Of a DNA stretch of 64,000 bases, positions 11,164 through 22,118 are shown piece after piece (position 1 is the stretch's first letter; the number at the start of each line of letters is the position of its first letter). Location: NCBI GenBank assembly GCA_963776275.1, contig CAVZMI010000032.1, positions 56,359 to 120,358 on the forward strand. The letters are read 5' to 3'. The notes beneath the pieces are model-generated. The model saw nothing but the letters and a program-made list of their open reading frames with translations, searched no databases and was not told the origin of the DNA. A program made the translations under genes and the position numbers. The DNA comes from Ignavibacteriota bacterium (GTDB lineage Bacteria > Bacteroidota > Ignavibacteria > UBA10030 > CAVZMI01).

Positions 11164-12005
11164 TGCATTCTATACTGGAAAGTACACTTGAGACTATTGA
11201 GATCGCTTCAGCGGATCGACGCGTCATCTATACTACCCGCGATCACATCGAGGCGCCCAACTGGTCACGCGATGGAACATACTTTCTCTTCAACAGCAAC
11301 GGCCTGATATACAGACTGGCAGTTACCGGCGGAACCCCTCAATTGCTCGACACCGGATTTGCCACGCATTGCAACAACGATCATGGCATCTCGCCCGACG
11401 GCAAGCAGCTGGTTATCAGCGACCAAACCGGCGATAATAAGTCGCGTATTTATCTCCTGCCAATTGACGGCGGAACCCCACGCCTCGTCACTCTGCTCGG
11501 TCCCTCCTACTGGCATGGATGGTCGCCGGACTGCAAAACCTTGGCATACTGCGGCGAACGCAACGGCGAGTACGACATCTACACGATTTCCACCGATGGC
11601 GGCAAAGAGAAACAATTGACTAACGCTCCCGGTATCAACGATGGACCCGATTATACGCCCGACGGCCAGTATATCTATTTCAACTCTGAGCGAACCGGCT
11701 CGATGCAAATCTGGCGCATGAAAACCGACGGCGGCTCTCAGGAACAGATCACAGCCGACGAATACAACAACTGGTTTGCCCATCCATCGCCCGACGGCAA
11801 ATGGATGGTTTTTTTATCATATGAAAAAGATATAAAGGGACATCCTGCGAATAAAAATGTAATGCTTCGTCTCATGGCTTTAGATGGAGGCAAGATTCAA
11901 ACATTGGCCACACTCTTCGGCGGGCAGGGCACGATCAACGTACCGTCATGGTCACCCGACAGTCGAAATCTGGCTTTCGTAAGTTATAGATTAATCGATC
12001 AATAG
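11163..12005 (+). CDS. TolB-like PD40 beta-propeller protein
   Basis: Repeated (W/I/P)SPDG motifs, [22 protein letters not shown]. Confidence 0.85.
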   Translation: MHSILESTLETIEIASADRRVIYTTRDHIEAPNWSRDGTYFLFNSNGLIYRLAVTGGTPQLLDTGFATHCNNDHGISPDGKQLVISDQTGDNKSRIYLLPIDGGTPRLVTLLGPSYWHGWSPDCKTLAYCGERNGEYDIYTISTDGGKEKQLTNAPGINDGPDYTPDGQYIYFNSERTGSMQIWRMKTDGGSQEQITADEYNNWFAHPSPDGKWMVFLSYEKDIKGHPANKNVMLRLMALDGGKIQTLATLFGGQGTINVPSWSPDSRNLAFVSYRLIDQ

Positions 12006-12016
12006 GATATTAACAG

Positions 12017-12745
12017 ATGACGAAAAATAAAGTCGCAATAATCACAGGAGCCAGTCGCGGAATAGGCCGGGAGGTTGCCATAGGTCTTGCCAGAGACGGT
12101 TATAGTGTGGTTTTAGTAGCACGTTCAAAAGGCGATTTAAAGAAGGTGTTGGACAAAATTAACACCGAACCCGTCAAAGGTGCATCTACTGCCATACACA
12201 TGATGTATGCTGTTGATGTAGCTGATGCTCAGTGTATTAAAAAAATAGTCAGAGACTCCGTAAAGAAATATGGCCATATCGATGTATTAATCAACAATGC
12301 CGGAGCATATTTCAGAGGAACATACAGCGTAACTCTCAAAGAACTTGAGTATATGCTTCGGGTCAATCTTATTGCCCCATTTGCCTTTATGCAGGAAGTA
12401 ATACCGATAATGAAAGATCAAAAAGACGGCTATATCATCAATATAGCCTCGCGGGCAGGAAAGATAGGTTTTTCAGATGAGGGCGCTTATGCTGCCAGTA
12501 AATTCGGACTGGTGGGGTTGAATGAATCGGTTTATAGAGAACTGTCGACATACGGAATAAGAGTAACTGCTATTTGTCCGGGGTGAACCAATACCAAAAT
12601 GGCACAAAAAGGAGAACCACCAATCGCCGGCACGGAAATGATACAGCCGTCGGATATTTTAAAAACCATTCGTTGGTTGTTGAGCGTTTCGCCGTCGGTA
12701 AGAATTCGGGAATTGGTCATGGAATGTAAAGAAAGCATTTGTTAA
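12017..12745 (+). CDS. SDR family oxidoreductase with in-frame TGA at the expected Trp of CPGW
   Basis: TGASRGIG, NNAG and YAASK motifs. The frame continues past TGA 12584-12586 (TNTKMA...IQPSDI) to TAA 12745. Confidence 0.8.
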
Positions 12746-12809
12746 TCATAAGAAGATATGCACTATACCAAATCGATAACTATCATCCAGTAACTCTGAG
12801 GATAAAAAA

Positions 12810-13454
12810 TTGAAGACTCTAATCTCGCTCATGACTTTTTTCACTGTTATTAATACTTCATCTTCCAATGCTCAATTAATACGGACTTACGGCTTCAAGG
12901 CCGGATTTATTAAAGCAGAGCAGCAATGGGACTATTCTCCACAATCCGGTATACATGCATCCGGGATCGGTCTAATATGGGGATTTGACGGAGGTGCCTT
13001 TATTGAATTATTCAATTTCCAAAATTTCAGTTTACTTACCGAACTTCATTATATTCAAAAAGGAAGGACTGTTACTGTAATTGCGACTGCGGCTGCCGAC
13101 AATCCACAGGGTTACATCGATCTTGGCCCGGAAGAAATCAAACAGAGATTTGAATATATTAGCATCCCTGTCCTTGCTAAATTGCGCATCGAAAACGATA
13201 TGGTGACTCCGTATATTGCTCTCGGACCACGCCTCGAGTACCTGGTTGCACATCCTCCCTCACCCGTCTATGATAAGTTTAATAAAATTGAGCTCGCCGT
13301 CACTGGTGCCGCGGGGGTGGAGTTGTATTTCGGATTCACCCCGAAGTTCTTGTTTGAGGTCAATTACAGTCTAGACTTAACCAATAGTTACAAGAACGAG
13401 AATGTTACAGTGAACAATCGCTCAATATCATTCCTTTTTGGTGCGGAATTTTAA
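12810..13454 (+). CDS. Outer-membrane beta-barrel protein (PorT/OMP_b-brl_2-like)
   Basis: Signal peptide, GFKAG, ELHYIQKG and YISIPVL motifs, C-terminal Phe. Confidence 0.7.
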   Translation: MKTLISLMTFFTVINTSSSNAQLIRTYGFKAGFIKAEQQWDYSPQSGIHASGIGLIWGFDGGAFIELFNFQNFSLLTELHYIQKGRTVTVIATAAADNPQGYIDLGPEEIKQRFEYISIPVLAKLRIENDMVTPYIALGPRLEYLVAHPPSPVYDKFNKIELAVTGAAGVELYFGFTPKFLFEVNYSLDLTNSYKNENVTVNNRSISFLFGAEF

Positions 13455-13515
13455 TATCATCTGTTTAATGCCGACTCAATAATCATAGTAACTATACTGA
13501 AGGAGAACAGATCCA

Positions 13516-14907
13516 ATGGAGACCAAAGCAAGGTTGTCTGTGTTTCAGAAATTTTACTGGGGACTCGGAGGTTTCGCTGAAAATCTTGCCAATAATGCGC
13601 TTCTCTCTCTCATCTACCCGATTTTTGCTGTCGGCATGGGAATCAGCCCTTTCTTTATCGGCCTCGCGCTGACCGGTTCGCGTATCGTCGAGGTGATCAC
13701 AGACCCTATGATCGGAAATCTATCCGACAATACGAAATCACGATGGGGACGCAGAAGACCCTGGATTTTCATCGGCTCGATCCTGATGTCGATTCTCTTC
13801 GTCGCGATCTGGTTCACCCCGCGTCCCGATGGCGGATCATTTCCGATCGTCTATCTCATCGCGATGTGTTCTCTGTTCTACTTCGCATTCACCGTCTGGA
13901 ATATCCCGTACAGCGGTCTAGGACTCGAGCTGGAGACCGATTACGATGAACGGACAAAACTTATGATCTACCGCGTAACCCCTTCATTCATCGTGGGTAT
14001 CGCGATCGGATCGCTCTATAAACTGACGCTAATGAGAGATGTGTGGGGAGGAGACGAGATCATCGGAGCCAGATACGTCTGTACCATTATCGGTGTCCTG
14101 ATGCTGATCACCGGAATTATTCCGTCTCTCTTCTGTAAAGAACGCTACACTCTGCCGACCAAGCATGAAAAATTAAGCATCTGGCGCGCGATGGGGCTGA
14201 CATTCAAAGATAAATCATTTCAATTGCTCATCGGCTCGGCCTTCTTCGTCTTTGTTGGCTTATTCTTCATGATACCTCTGCTCACCTACATATCGCTCTA
14301 CTACGTCTGCCACGGAAGCAAAGAGTTGATGGCAACTATCGGAATGTATACCGCATTCGTCCAGGCAACAACACAGATACTGAGCATGATCGCCATCGGT
14401 GCCATCGCAAAACATTTCGATAAGAAAATCGTGCTTATTGCCGGGCTTATCATCGGTATCATCGGTTATGTCTCAGGCTGGTTCCTGTTCACACCGGATG
14501 CTCCATACCTGACCATTATTCCTCCAGTCATCATCAATATCGGACTCTGCGCATGCTGGGTGCTTAATGGCTCGTTCAATGCCGATATCTGCGATTACGA
14601 TGAGCTGAAGACCGGCCGCCGCCGCGAAGGGATGTTCAGCGCTGTCTTCGCCTTCCTTACAAAACTAGCTATCGCATTCGTTTCTGCGGTCAGTTCATGG
14701 GTTCTCGTAAAGCTTGGATTCGAAGGACAGGATATTCACCCAACCATCGAACAACTGTTCACACTACGGTGGATCTACATCGCCATTCCGGTTGGTGCCA
14801 TGGTTGCGGCGATCCTCTGCATGTGGAAATATCCTCTTACGAAGCAGCGAGTGGTTGAAATTCAGGAGCAGTTAAAACAAAAAAGAGTTGAAATGGCGGT
14901 GCAATAA
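13516..14907 (+). CDS. MFS glycoside-pentoside-hexuronide:cation symporter
   Basis: DPMIGNLSDNTKSRWGRRRPW and DYDELKTGRRREG motifs; about 12 TM segments. Confidence 0.9.
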   Translation: METKARLSVFQKFYWGLGGFAENLANNALLSLIYPIFAVGMGISPFFIGLALTGSRIVEVITDPMIGNLSDNTKSRWGRRRPWIFIGSILMSILFVAIWFTPRPDGGSFPIVYLIAMCSLFYFAFTVWNIPYSGLGLELETDYDERTKLMIYRVTPSFIVGIAIGSLYKLTLMRDVWGGDEIIGARYVCTIIGVLMLITGIIPSLFCKERYTLPTKHEKLSIWRAMGLTFKDKSFQLLIGSAFFVFVGLFFMIPLLTYISLYYVCHGSKELMATIGMYTAFVQATTQILSMIAIGAIAKHFDKKIVLIAGLIIGIIGYVSGWFLFTPDAPYLTIIPPVIINIGLCACWVLNGSFNADICDYDELKTGRRREGMFSAVFAFLTKLAIAFVSAVSSWVLVKLGFEGQDIHPTIEQLFTLRWIYIAIPVGAMVAAILCMWKYPLTKQRVVEIQEQLKQKRVEMAVQ

Positions 14908-15109
14908 TAATCTCATAACGATTACCGTCTAAACATTTTTTTTCTCTTAATAATCCCGCTGATCTTGCGTACTCCGTACGAAGTCTTTTCGTGTAAAAGA
15001 TATTGAGACAGCGGGATGGAACCTACCCCAATGGCTGTCGGGGAATCTCGAAAATAAATAGGGACAGGTTAAGTATTTGGAATAGTAACATCATATAAAA
15101 GGAAAAAAT

Positions 15110-15547
15110 ATGAACTATATCTCCGAACTTAAAAAACAGAAACAAATTCTGAACGATCTCTTCGATAAAAAAGAAATTTATCGCAAGAGATACAGAAAAG
15201 GGGGATGGACAGGAAAAGAAGTCCTGATTCATATCAAAGATTCCGAGACTGTTAATTATGACAGGCTCAGAAGAATCATTGCGGAAGATAAGCCTATTTT
15301 GTGGTTTTTTTGGCAAGATCAATGGCAGAAGAATCTCAAATACATGAAACAGGATATTGTACTGGCAAAAAACTTATTCATGACAACACGGGACTCACTT
15401 ATCGAGACTGTCAAGATGCATTTGAAAAAGTCTGAAAAGAGGGAAGGCGTTCATTCCCGGCGTGGGGTGATGAACATGAGACAACTGATAGAATTTCATA
15501 TCCGTCATGTCGACCGTCATATTAAACATATTCAAAGAATAAAATAA
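15110..15547 (+). CDS. DinB family protein
   Basis: WTGKEVLIHIKDSE and HVDRHIKHI metal-binding His pattern. Confidence 0.75.
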   Translation: MNYISELKKQKQILNDLFDKKEIYRKRYRKGGWTGKEVLIHIKDSETVNYDRLRRIIAEDKPILWFFWQDQWQKNLKYMKQDIVLAKNLFMTTRDSLIETVKMHLKKSEKREGVHSRRGVMNMRQLIEFHIRHVDRHIKHIQRIK

Positions 15548-15629
15548 ACCGATCCTGCAGCAAGGATACACTTTTTCAGATATTGAATCCTAAATAAAAA
15601 ATGAGGCTATCGGGGGGATAATACTTTTA

Positions 15630-16181
15630 CTACAGGATCCTTCCTTCATCATCGAGCAAGTTAAGCTCACGGAGAATCCCGCGAGCATCAGACGCTTGCG
15701 TACGCTGCACCATCACTTTCACAATGGCCGATTTGTTATTCATTGCAAAAGAGAGATAATCGTGTTGTGAAAACACCTTCGAGGGAAATCCGGCATTCTC
15801 GAGATTTTTCCTGATCATCTCGGCTTCATATTCATTCTTCGTTGTAAAAACAGCCGACCATTGCCGGTGTATCTTCATATGCTCGGCAGTTTTGCAGAAG
15901 ATGGTATTTCCCTTTTTTCTTGCACAATCGTTGCAGACCGGCTTTCCACAGACCACGCAAACACCGACGGCATCCTGTTTCGGATGCTCCTCGCATTCGA
16001 TTTCCCCTTCGCCGGGTTCGAGAATAACTCCACAATGAGAGCAGAAGAAATCCTTTGCCCTCACCCGTCCGTCGCAATTTTCACATGACTGCTCTTCGTG
16101 CAGCTCAAGTTCCTCACCGCACTCCCGACATTTGGCGTCACCTTCTGTGTAGTAATTTCCACATACGGGACAATTCGGCAT
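15630..16181 (-). CDS. Double zinc ribbon + B-box-like + DUF2007-like protein
   Basis: Multiple CxxC pairs, CEEHP...CVVCGKPVCNDC, EAEMIRKNLENAG. Confidence 0.7.
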   Translation of the reverse strand: MPNCPVCGNYYTEGDAKCRECGEELELHEEQSCENCDGRVRAKDFFCSHCGVILEPGEGEIECEEHPKQDAVGVCVVCGKPVCNDCARKKGNTIFCKTAEHMKIHRQWSAVFTTKNEYEAEMIRKNLENAGFPSKVFSQHDYLSFAMNNKSAIVKVMVQRTQASDARGILRELNLLDDEGRIL

Positions 16182-16185
16182 ACGA

Positions 16186-17130
16186 TTATCCCTCCTCCCC
16201 TTTCGGCTTCACCGAGAAATGGAATGCGACAATGGAGAAGGCCAATATGACTGTAAACACGATGAAATTTGCCATAATTACCGGTATCGTCATTTTTCCC
16301 GCTGCCAGAGTTCCCACCATATCATCGTCGATTTTAAAATAGGCTGCCAATATAGCAACCGTATTATTAAAAAAATGTACAATGACGGCGACCATAATAC
16401 TATTCGAATGATATACAATGTAGCCAAAGAAGATTCCAAGTGCAATAAGTGGAATGAGCGAAAAAGGACTGAGATGATACACTCCAAAAATTATCCCTGT
16501 AATAATAATACCAAGCCACCCGCTAGAGCCGCTTTTCTCGAAATTCCTCTGGACCAATCCGCGGAAAAGAAACTCTTCACAAATCGACGGAATCAGTGCA
16601 GCGACGGTAATGACAAAAAAAAGCTCGGTTATTGAATGTGCCGTAATAAGCATACGATAGATTTCTTCAATCATCTTTCGGACTTCATCGATCTGCGGTT
16701 TAAGCACATGAGGCAGCGGGATTTGATCCTGGAAATAGAGATACACCTGCAGAACCTGCTGAAGTGCGAAGACGCCGACTATCGCAAAGAACACGCTCTT
16801 GATTGACGGGGTATTGAATCGAAAAAGCAAACGGAGGTTTTTTGTCTGGAGTCGCGCCAGAACGAGCGTCGGAATCAGTAAAAGAAAAATCTGTGCAAGA
16901 GCTGTTTGGATCCGGACTCCCCGAACATTTTCAGGCGTGACCTGTGTAGTCTTAAAAATAAGAACTGAAATGATGCTGCCGATGATCTGATACGAAAAAA
17001 AAATAACGCACAGAACAATGAGAGCGTACACCCAGGGTGAGATACCGAGTCGATCGATTACCGAAAATTCTGAGAGTTGCGGTACGTTCTGGTCGGGCGC
17101 CCGGTCGTCGTTTTGATATTCTTCCGTCAT
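16186..17130 (-). CDS. CPBP (Abi/CAAX) intramembrane metalloprotease
   Basis: EEFLFRG, FGVYH and HFFNN motifs. Confidence 0.9.
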   Translation of the reverse strand: MTEEYQNDDRAPDQNVPQLSEFSVIDRLGISPWVYALIVLCVIFFSYQIIGSIISVLIFKTTQVTPENVRGVRIQTALAQIFLLLIPTLVLARLQTKNLRLLFRFNTPSIKSVFFAIVGVFALQQVLQVYLYFQDQIPLPHVLKPQIDEVRKMIEEIYRMLITAHSITELFFVITVAALIPSICEEFLFRGLVQRNFEKSGSSGWLGIIITGIIFGVYHLSPFSLIPLIALGIFFGYIVYHSNSIMVAVIVHFFNNTVAILAAYFKIDDDMVGTLAAGKMTIPVIMANFIVFTVILAFSIVAFHFSVKPKGEEG

Positions 17131-18074
17131 TACATCCGCTGTTTAATCATCGCGGCAAGGAGTGGTATCATGATTTCATGATGCCCGGTGATCTGAACCC
17201 CCCATCCCCCTTTTTGCGTCGGGCGTTGGACTACATTGACTCTTGGCCGGTAATGCTGTAGCATATCAAAATTCGCCGTTGTAAACCCGCGGGCATCGAA
17301 TCCGAGGTTACGAGCGACAGTGAGCGATTTTAAAAAGACTTCGGGCAGGATGACCGCCGAGCCGACATTCAGTACAACGCCTCCGCCGCGCAATCTCTTC
17401 ACGACTTCACATAGTACCCGGAAATCCCTGAAGCTCAATTCACCGGTCACGGCTCCGTTCATCGATGGCTGTTGATGAATCGTATCGGTTCCGATCGCCG
17501 CATGGACTGTCACCGGGACGCCATGCGTGACGCATGCCGCGAGGATGCTGTATTTTCTCTTCGGCGCTTTCAGAAGTGCGTTTCCGAGCGCCTCGCCATA
17601 TCCCATATCACCCTCGATACGGGCCCGCTCTAAAACTCCATTGATGAATTCACCAGTTTCTCTGGACATCCCAAAACTACCATCCTCTATTTTCACCGCA
17701 ACGTCTTCCGACGTTTCCCCCCACATTGCAGTCTCCACATCGTGAATCGATGCCGCGCTGTTCATCGCAACTGCAGTGATCATTTCACGCTCAATAAGAT
17801 CTATGACGACGGGAGAAAGTCCGACTTTAATCACATGCGCACCAATCATTAAAATGACGGGTTTGTTTTTTCTACGCGAATTGACGATATCATCGACTAA
17901 TTTCCGAAGATCCCCGGCAACGAGAATTCGCGGAAGAGAATGCACGAAAGACGAAAAAGCCTCTTTCTTCGGGTTGTATACCTTTGCGAATGCTGAAAGC
18001 TTGACCCTGCTCCCACGTTTTTTAATAGAAACCGTCTTTACCTTGCTGAGATCCGCTTTTTTAAATTGTGACAT
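17130..18074 (-). CDS. Conserved protein, deoxyhypusine-synthase-like (GSU2086-type) family
   Basis: GAHVIKVG, GSAVILPEVFLK and GHHEIMIP motifs; start placed at ATG 18074. Confidence 0.65.
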   Translation of the reverse strand: MSQFKKADLSKVKTVSIKKRGSRVKLSAFAKVYNPKKEAFSSFVHSLPRILVAGDLRKLVDDIVNSRRKNKPVILMIGAHVIKVGLSPVVIDLIEREMITAVAMNSAASIHDVETAMWGETSEDVAVKIEDGSFGMSRETGEFINGVLERARIEGDMGYGEALGNALLKAPKRKYSILAACVTHGVPVTVHAAIGTDTIHQQPSMNGAVTGELSFRDFRVLCEVVKRLRGGGVVLNVGSAVILPEVFLKSLTVARNLGFDARGFTTANFDMLQHYRPRVNVVQRPTQKGGWGVQITGHHEIMIPLLAAMIKQRM

Positions 18075-18187
18075 GATATTCCTACTTTCTTCATAAACAA
18101 AAAATAACACCAGGCTCATAAAAAATAATGCACGATGCTGTACTTATTCATTAAAAAATAGTTGTATGAGTAAGGCAACAAAGAAAT

Positions 18188-19018
18188 TTATTTTACCTTT
18201 GCCGGTATCGGCCCGCGCAGACCGGAATATTCCCGCAGCTCCACATCGATCGATCCTATGACAACCTGTGTACTTACCTTGACCGGTATTTTCCGCTCAT
18301 CATCAGATAACCATACTATAATACGCCCTTCGCTCTTGAATAAACCACCTTCTTTGACAAGAGGCTCGAGAATTATGCACTTGAATGTCCCTGCCTCAAC
18401 CTCGATTTCCTGACGGCCCAGATATTTCACATCGAGTGCATACGCTGAGTCTTTATAAAAATTCTTCAGATGAAACCGTTCCCCGGGACGCCGATTATCG
18501 TAATTTTGAGTCCGCATGAAATAGAATGCCGACATAATATCGTGGACGAATTCCGGAATCCGGTAATTGCCTTCACTCGTTCTGGCAATATGATTCCGCT
18601 GATCGAAATCGGCAGTAAAATCGCGCGTGTAACCTCCTTCGCGTATGTGCTGTTCAAATCTCCAGGGGAAGATTCCTTCCGCATCGATATATGTTTCGTA
18701 CCGATCCCTGACGCGATAAATCCATGAAAATGCCGGCAGGGAATTCACCTCAAAGAGCACCTTGTACGTGCTCCTACCCTGCATAATCATAGTATCGGTA
18801 ACCGACATAAATGCTTCACCGGCGGTGATGAAGCCATAACCGATGTCGAACACCAGCTTCTCGCCAATCCCAAATGCAGTGTTCGCGATGCCTGACGGAT
18901 TCAGATTCATTGTGTCCGGAAGAACACGAACGGTATCCGTCTGGCAAAAAGCGTGCTGCTGCAAGACGAGAACTAACGCAAGAGTCCGGATTATGATTTT
19001 CCAATTATATTGCGGCAT
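18188..19018 (-). CDS. DUF3108 family exported protein
   Basis: Own ATG at 19018 with signal peptide; F.IGEKL.F.IGYGFITAG and WLSDDERKIPVK motifs. Confidence 0.75.
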   Translation of the reverse strand: MPQYNWKIIIRTLALVLVLQQHAFCQTDTVRVLPDTMNLNPSGIANTAFGIGEKLVFDIGYGFITAGEAFMSVTDTMIMQGRSTYKVLFEVNSLPAFSWIYRVRDRYETYIDAEGIFPWRFEQHIREGGYTRDFTADFDQRNHIARTSEGNYRIPEFVHDIMSAFYFMRTQNYDNRRPGERFHLKNFYKDSAYALDVKYLGRQEIEVEAGTFKCIILEPLVKEGGLFKSEGRIIVWLSDDERKIPVKVSTQVVIGSIDVELREYSGLRGPIPAKVK

Positions 19019-20032
19019 ATTTCTCAAGAAGCTGGAGCACTCCATTTTCGACATCGTCAACTGCAATTTGTTCCATGCATAGCGAGTGCAACGGCAAGGA
19101 CCTCTCGAGCATTCTGGACATTTCGATTTATCCGGCTCAAAGATTAACCTCTTCTCCGTATATGGCCCCCAGCGTGCCGGACTGCACTGTACAATCGGCG
19201 GATAGAATCCTATTACCGGAGTACCGACGGCCGCCGCAATATGAATCGGACCCGTAGAATTTGCGACGAGAACATGTATTTTCTCATAAAGGGCCGCAAG
19301 GTCTCTTAGGGAAAACCTCCCTACTGAGTTGATACACCCATTTCCGATTCCCGTGAATATTGAATCAACCAAAGATTGTTCTTCCTCACTTCCGGTCAGG
19401 ATCACTCTCAATCCCCTGTGAAGTAATCGACGTCCTATGAATATGAAACGTTCCACCGGCCAATCGCGTGCCGAACCGCCGCTTCCCGCATGAAGCACAA
19501 CCAGACGATCGGCCGGCGATATATGATATTCTTCAAAGAATGTCAGGATTTTCAGCCGTTCCTTTTCTCCAAACGGCACCGAAAAATCTCTCGACGGCTC
19601 TCGGCTGCAACCGAGCGGCTCCAGCAAATGAATATCGTATTCCAGCTCGTGACAGCGTGCATCTTTCCGGTGCTCATACACACGCCGGTTGAACAGGAAA
19701 GAATACCACCTGTAACCTGTCCCTATTCGGATCGGAATCCTTGCTGCAAAAAAAAGAAGAGCAAGCCAAAAACGCGGGAAGGCCATAACTACGACATCAT
19801 ACCGTTCTTTTCTTACGCGATGGAACAACGTCCACAATGATCCTAATTCTTCGAGAGTCAGTGCAGCATCCAGGTAACGATGTCCTTCCACAAGACCCAA
19901 CGTGTATTGACGCACAAGCATTGATATCTTTGCCTGTGGAAATTTCCGGCGCAATACCGCCAGCATCGGAAGAGAAAGAACTACATCGCCGATGCGATCC
20001 GTTCGCGTAATAAGGATGTTTCTATATTCCAT
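19005..20032 (-). CDS. GT9 glycosyltransferase (LPS heptosyltransferase-like); apparent -1 frameshift at ~19092
   Basis: RTDRIGDVVL, NSTGPIHIAAAVG and RWGP motifs. Restoring one C gives CPLHSLCMEQIAVDDV...* at 19005. Confidence 0.8.
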
Positions 20033-20224
20033 AAGAGAAATATACGCGTACAAAGACCGAAGTGCAACCTTACTCCTGATGATGTGTTTGAAATCACACT
20101 CAACCTTGCCACCATTTTTTATCAGCCAGTTTCCCGAGTCCCTTTCTGCCCACAGGACGGGAAGAGAAACATACTATGGAACAAAGATATATCGTTATAC
20201 AATTTTTAACCGGTTGTCTCGAGT

Positions 20225-20470
20225 GGCTGTTTTTACAGCCTTCGATCATTCACAATTCCGCCTTCACTTCCGCCTTCGTTCCAAAAAACGGAACTTCGGC
20301 GGACAAGTCGTTCCGGCGCCTGCCTGCTCGCCTCGCTTCGCTCGGCGAAGCGGGCCGGAGTGCCCGCCTTCAATGAAGCCTTCGGCAGGCGAAGGCCTCC
20401 GGCACGCAGGCCCGCCTTAGTCCGGAGGACGTCGGCGGGCAGGCAGGGACAGGTCGCAAATCACAATTCA
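20225..20470. repeat. Scaffold repeat with multiply nested hairpin mini-elements
   Basis: Same scaffold as 20654-20710 and 39635-39720; nested CCGCC..GGCGGACA(A/G)G and CCTGCC..GGCAGGCAGG units. Confidence 0.75.
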
Positions 20471-20504
20471 TACATACCACTCCTGACGGCGCTCGATACC
20501 GAAA

Positions 20505-20726
20505 AACAATTCTTCATTCACCGTGGTTTGACTCGCTCACCATACTAAAGTACTGCTCACACCACTTACCTTCGACCCCTCGATGAACTCGGGGCAAGCA
20601 AGCTTTGGATTCCGTGGTGCTCGCTGCAGGCTCGAGCCAAGACTCGGCAACCTGGCTGTTTATATAACCTTCGATCATTCACAATTCAAGAATCACAATT
20701 CACAATTTATTTGTAGCCTCGACTCG
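20505..20726. repeat. Dispersed ~220-bp intergenic repeat, copy A (empty TCACAATTC site)
   Basis: Collinear with 39515-39736, e.g. CCAAG.CTC.GCAACCTGGCT.TTTATA...TCACAATTTATT...GCCTCGACTCG. Confidence 0.75.
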
Positions 20727-20811
20727 TTAACGAACCCCGGTAGGGGTGGTATATTTATAGAACCGGATTTCAGAAAAATACAAACCCTGTAAGTGTGACA
20801 TGTTAAAATTT

Positions 20812-21894
20812 CTATTTCAGCAAAACCATCCGTTTTGTTATCGTGACATTTCCGCTCTGGAGACGGCAGAAATAGACTCCACTCGACACCGATGCTGCAT
20901 TCCAACGGATCACGTACGATCCCGGTTCGAGGAGAGCGTTCAGAAGTGTTTCGATTTCCTTCCCTGTGATATCAAAGAGTGTGATCGAGACACGATCATG
21001 TCTGGGCACATGGAATTTGATAGTGGTTCCGGGATTAAAAGGATTTGGATAATTCTGCTCGAGGATGAATTGCGGCGGTGTTCCGTCCACATTCTGTTCA
21101 ACTCCGAGTGTGGCTTCATATGCGATTGCCGCGTTGAATATCTCTTCAACAAGAAGCGGCGCTACATGAGCCGTTGCCGCATCATTCGGGTGGCTGTTGC
21201 CGGACTCGGTGCGGTACGAGTCGGGCAATTTGCCGTCCGAACCGGCAAGATGGTGGAAGAAATCGAAAACATAGACGTTCTGCGGAAACTGTCCGAACGC
21301 CGGGTCGAAACCGCCGGCAAGCGTATCTTTTGCCCAGCGGCAGAATTGGTCGGACAGGAGTGCCGATTCATCGCTGGTCGATTCTCTCTCCTGAGGTGCG
21401 TTCGTCCATACGACGAAAAAGTTCGCCGGGTGGTTTTGCATGACACGGATAAAATTGCGCCAGTGCCACTTGTAATTGAAGATCGTTTTCGATGCCGGAT
21501 CGGTGGTATCCGAGGGCTCGCCCTCGCCCCACAGGTCGGATGATGGAAAACACGATTTAATCATGATAATTTTGTTGGCGGCAAGGTACGGACCGATATC
21601 GGAGGTGGTATCGTTGCTATCGAAAATATCGTGCCACCTGGACCATTCATTATCCCACGGATCCACCGGCCACCATTCTTCGTTGAGCGAGACTGCGAAT
21701 GATCCGGTATATCCATGACTTGAATTATAAGCATCGATCTCCTGCGGAACGCTAGTTGCACTTCCATTCGGTCCCCAGATGCATCCGCCTGTCGAATGGT
21801 GCAGGAATATGCCGCTGCGGAATAGATTTTCTTGCGCGGATGTGGATGTGAGAAAGGAAATTGTCAGCAAGTAAAACAGTATGGTCTTGTGCAT
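20812..21894 (-). CDS. Secreted protein with T9SS type A C-terminal sorting domain
   Basis: Signal peptide after a GGAGGAG RBS; FLHHSTG and IKSCFP N-domain; LEQNYPNPFNP...SGVYFCRL...KRMVLLK tail. Confidence 0.8.
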   Translation of the reverse strand: MHKTILFYLLTISFLTSTSAQENLFRSGIFLHHSTGGCIWGPNGSATSVPQEIDAYNSSHGYTGSFAVSLNEEWWPVDPWDNEWSRWHDIFDSNDTTSDIGPYLAANKIIMIKSCFPSSDLWGEGEPSDTTDPASKTIFNYKWHWRNFIRVMQNHPANFFVVWTNAPQERESTSDESALLSDQFCRWAKDTLAGGFDPAFGQFPQNVYVFDFFHHLAGSDGKLPDSYRTESGNSHPNDAATAHVAPLLVEEIFNAAIAYEATLGVEQNVDGTPPQFILEQNYPNPFNPGTTIKFHVPRHDRVSITLFDITGKEIETLLNALLEPGSYVIRWNAASVSSGVYFCRLQSGNVTITKRMVLLK

Positions 21895-22003
21895 GTACTC
21901 CTCCATATGTAGTTTAGTTATAGTAGATTGCATGTGATAATTTCTTATATCTGCTCACGCACATAATCTACTACCTTTTTACGGCAAAGCCAACTCGACA
22001 TAA

Positions 22004-22022
22004 CCACCGCCAAAGGCAGTGG
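22004..22022. repeat. IS200/IS605- or REP-like hairpin remnant
   Basis: CCACCGCC-AAA-GGCAGTGG; resembles IS605-type subterminal hairpins; no transposase nearby. Confidence 0.35.
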
Positions 22023-22073
22023 ACTTCTGCTTCACACTAAAATAAAGTGGGTCGGTTTTGTTGTGAATTTACC

Positions 22074-22102
22074 TTGACTTTAAATGTGGAATATAATAAC
22101 AT
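22074..22102 (+). promoter_or_regulatory. Candidate sigma70 promoter upstream of the first attI (Pc-like)
   Basis: TTGACT-N17-TAACAT. Confidence 0.4.
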
Positions 22103-22118
22103 GTCAACATCCTACAAC

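Noticed and set aside
12584-12586. In-frame TGA as genetic code 4/25 or selenocysteine
   Set aside because: Many genes here end in TGA and Trp is TGG elsewhere. The position is an expected Trp within a GGACC context, so a point lesion or miscall is simpler.
18188-20053. Novel GT9-DUF3108 fusion protein (621 aa)
   Set aside because: One missing C at ~19092 explains it. GT9 has its own stop (19005) and DUF3108 has its own ATG and signal peptide (19018).
20259-20455. tRNA or known ncRNA in the highly structured GC-rich spacer
   Set aside because: No cloverleaf, T-loop or CCA pattern. The structure decomposes into nested repeat units also seen at 39669.
19992-21543. + strand ORFs 19992-20420, 20176-20376, 20360-20548 and 20800-21543
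   Set aside because: They run through GC-rich palindromic repeats or antisense to a clear gene, with no protein motifs.
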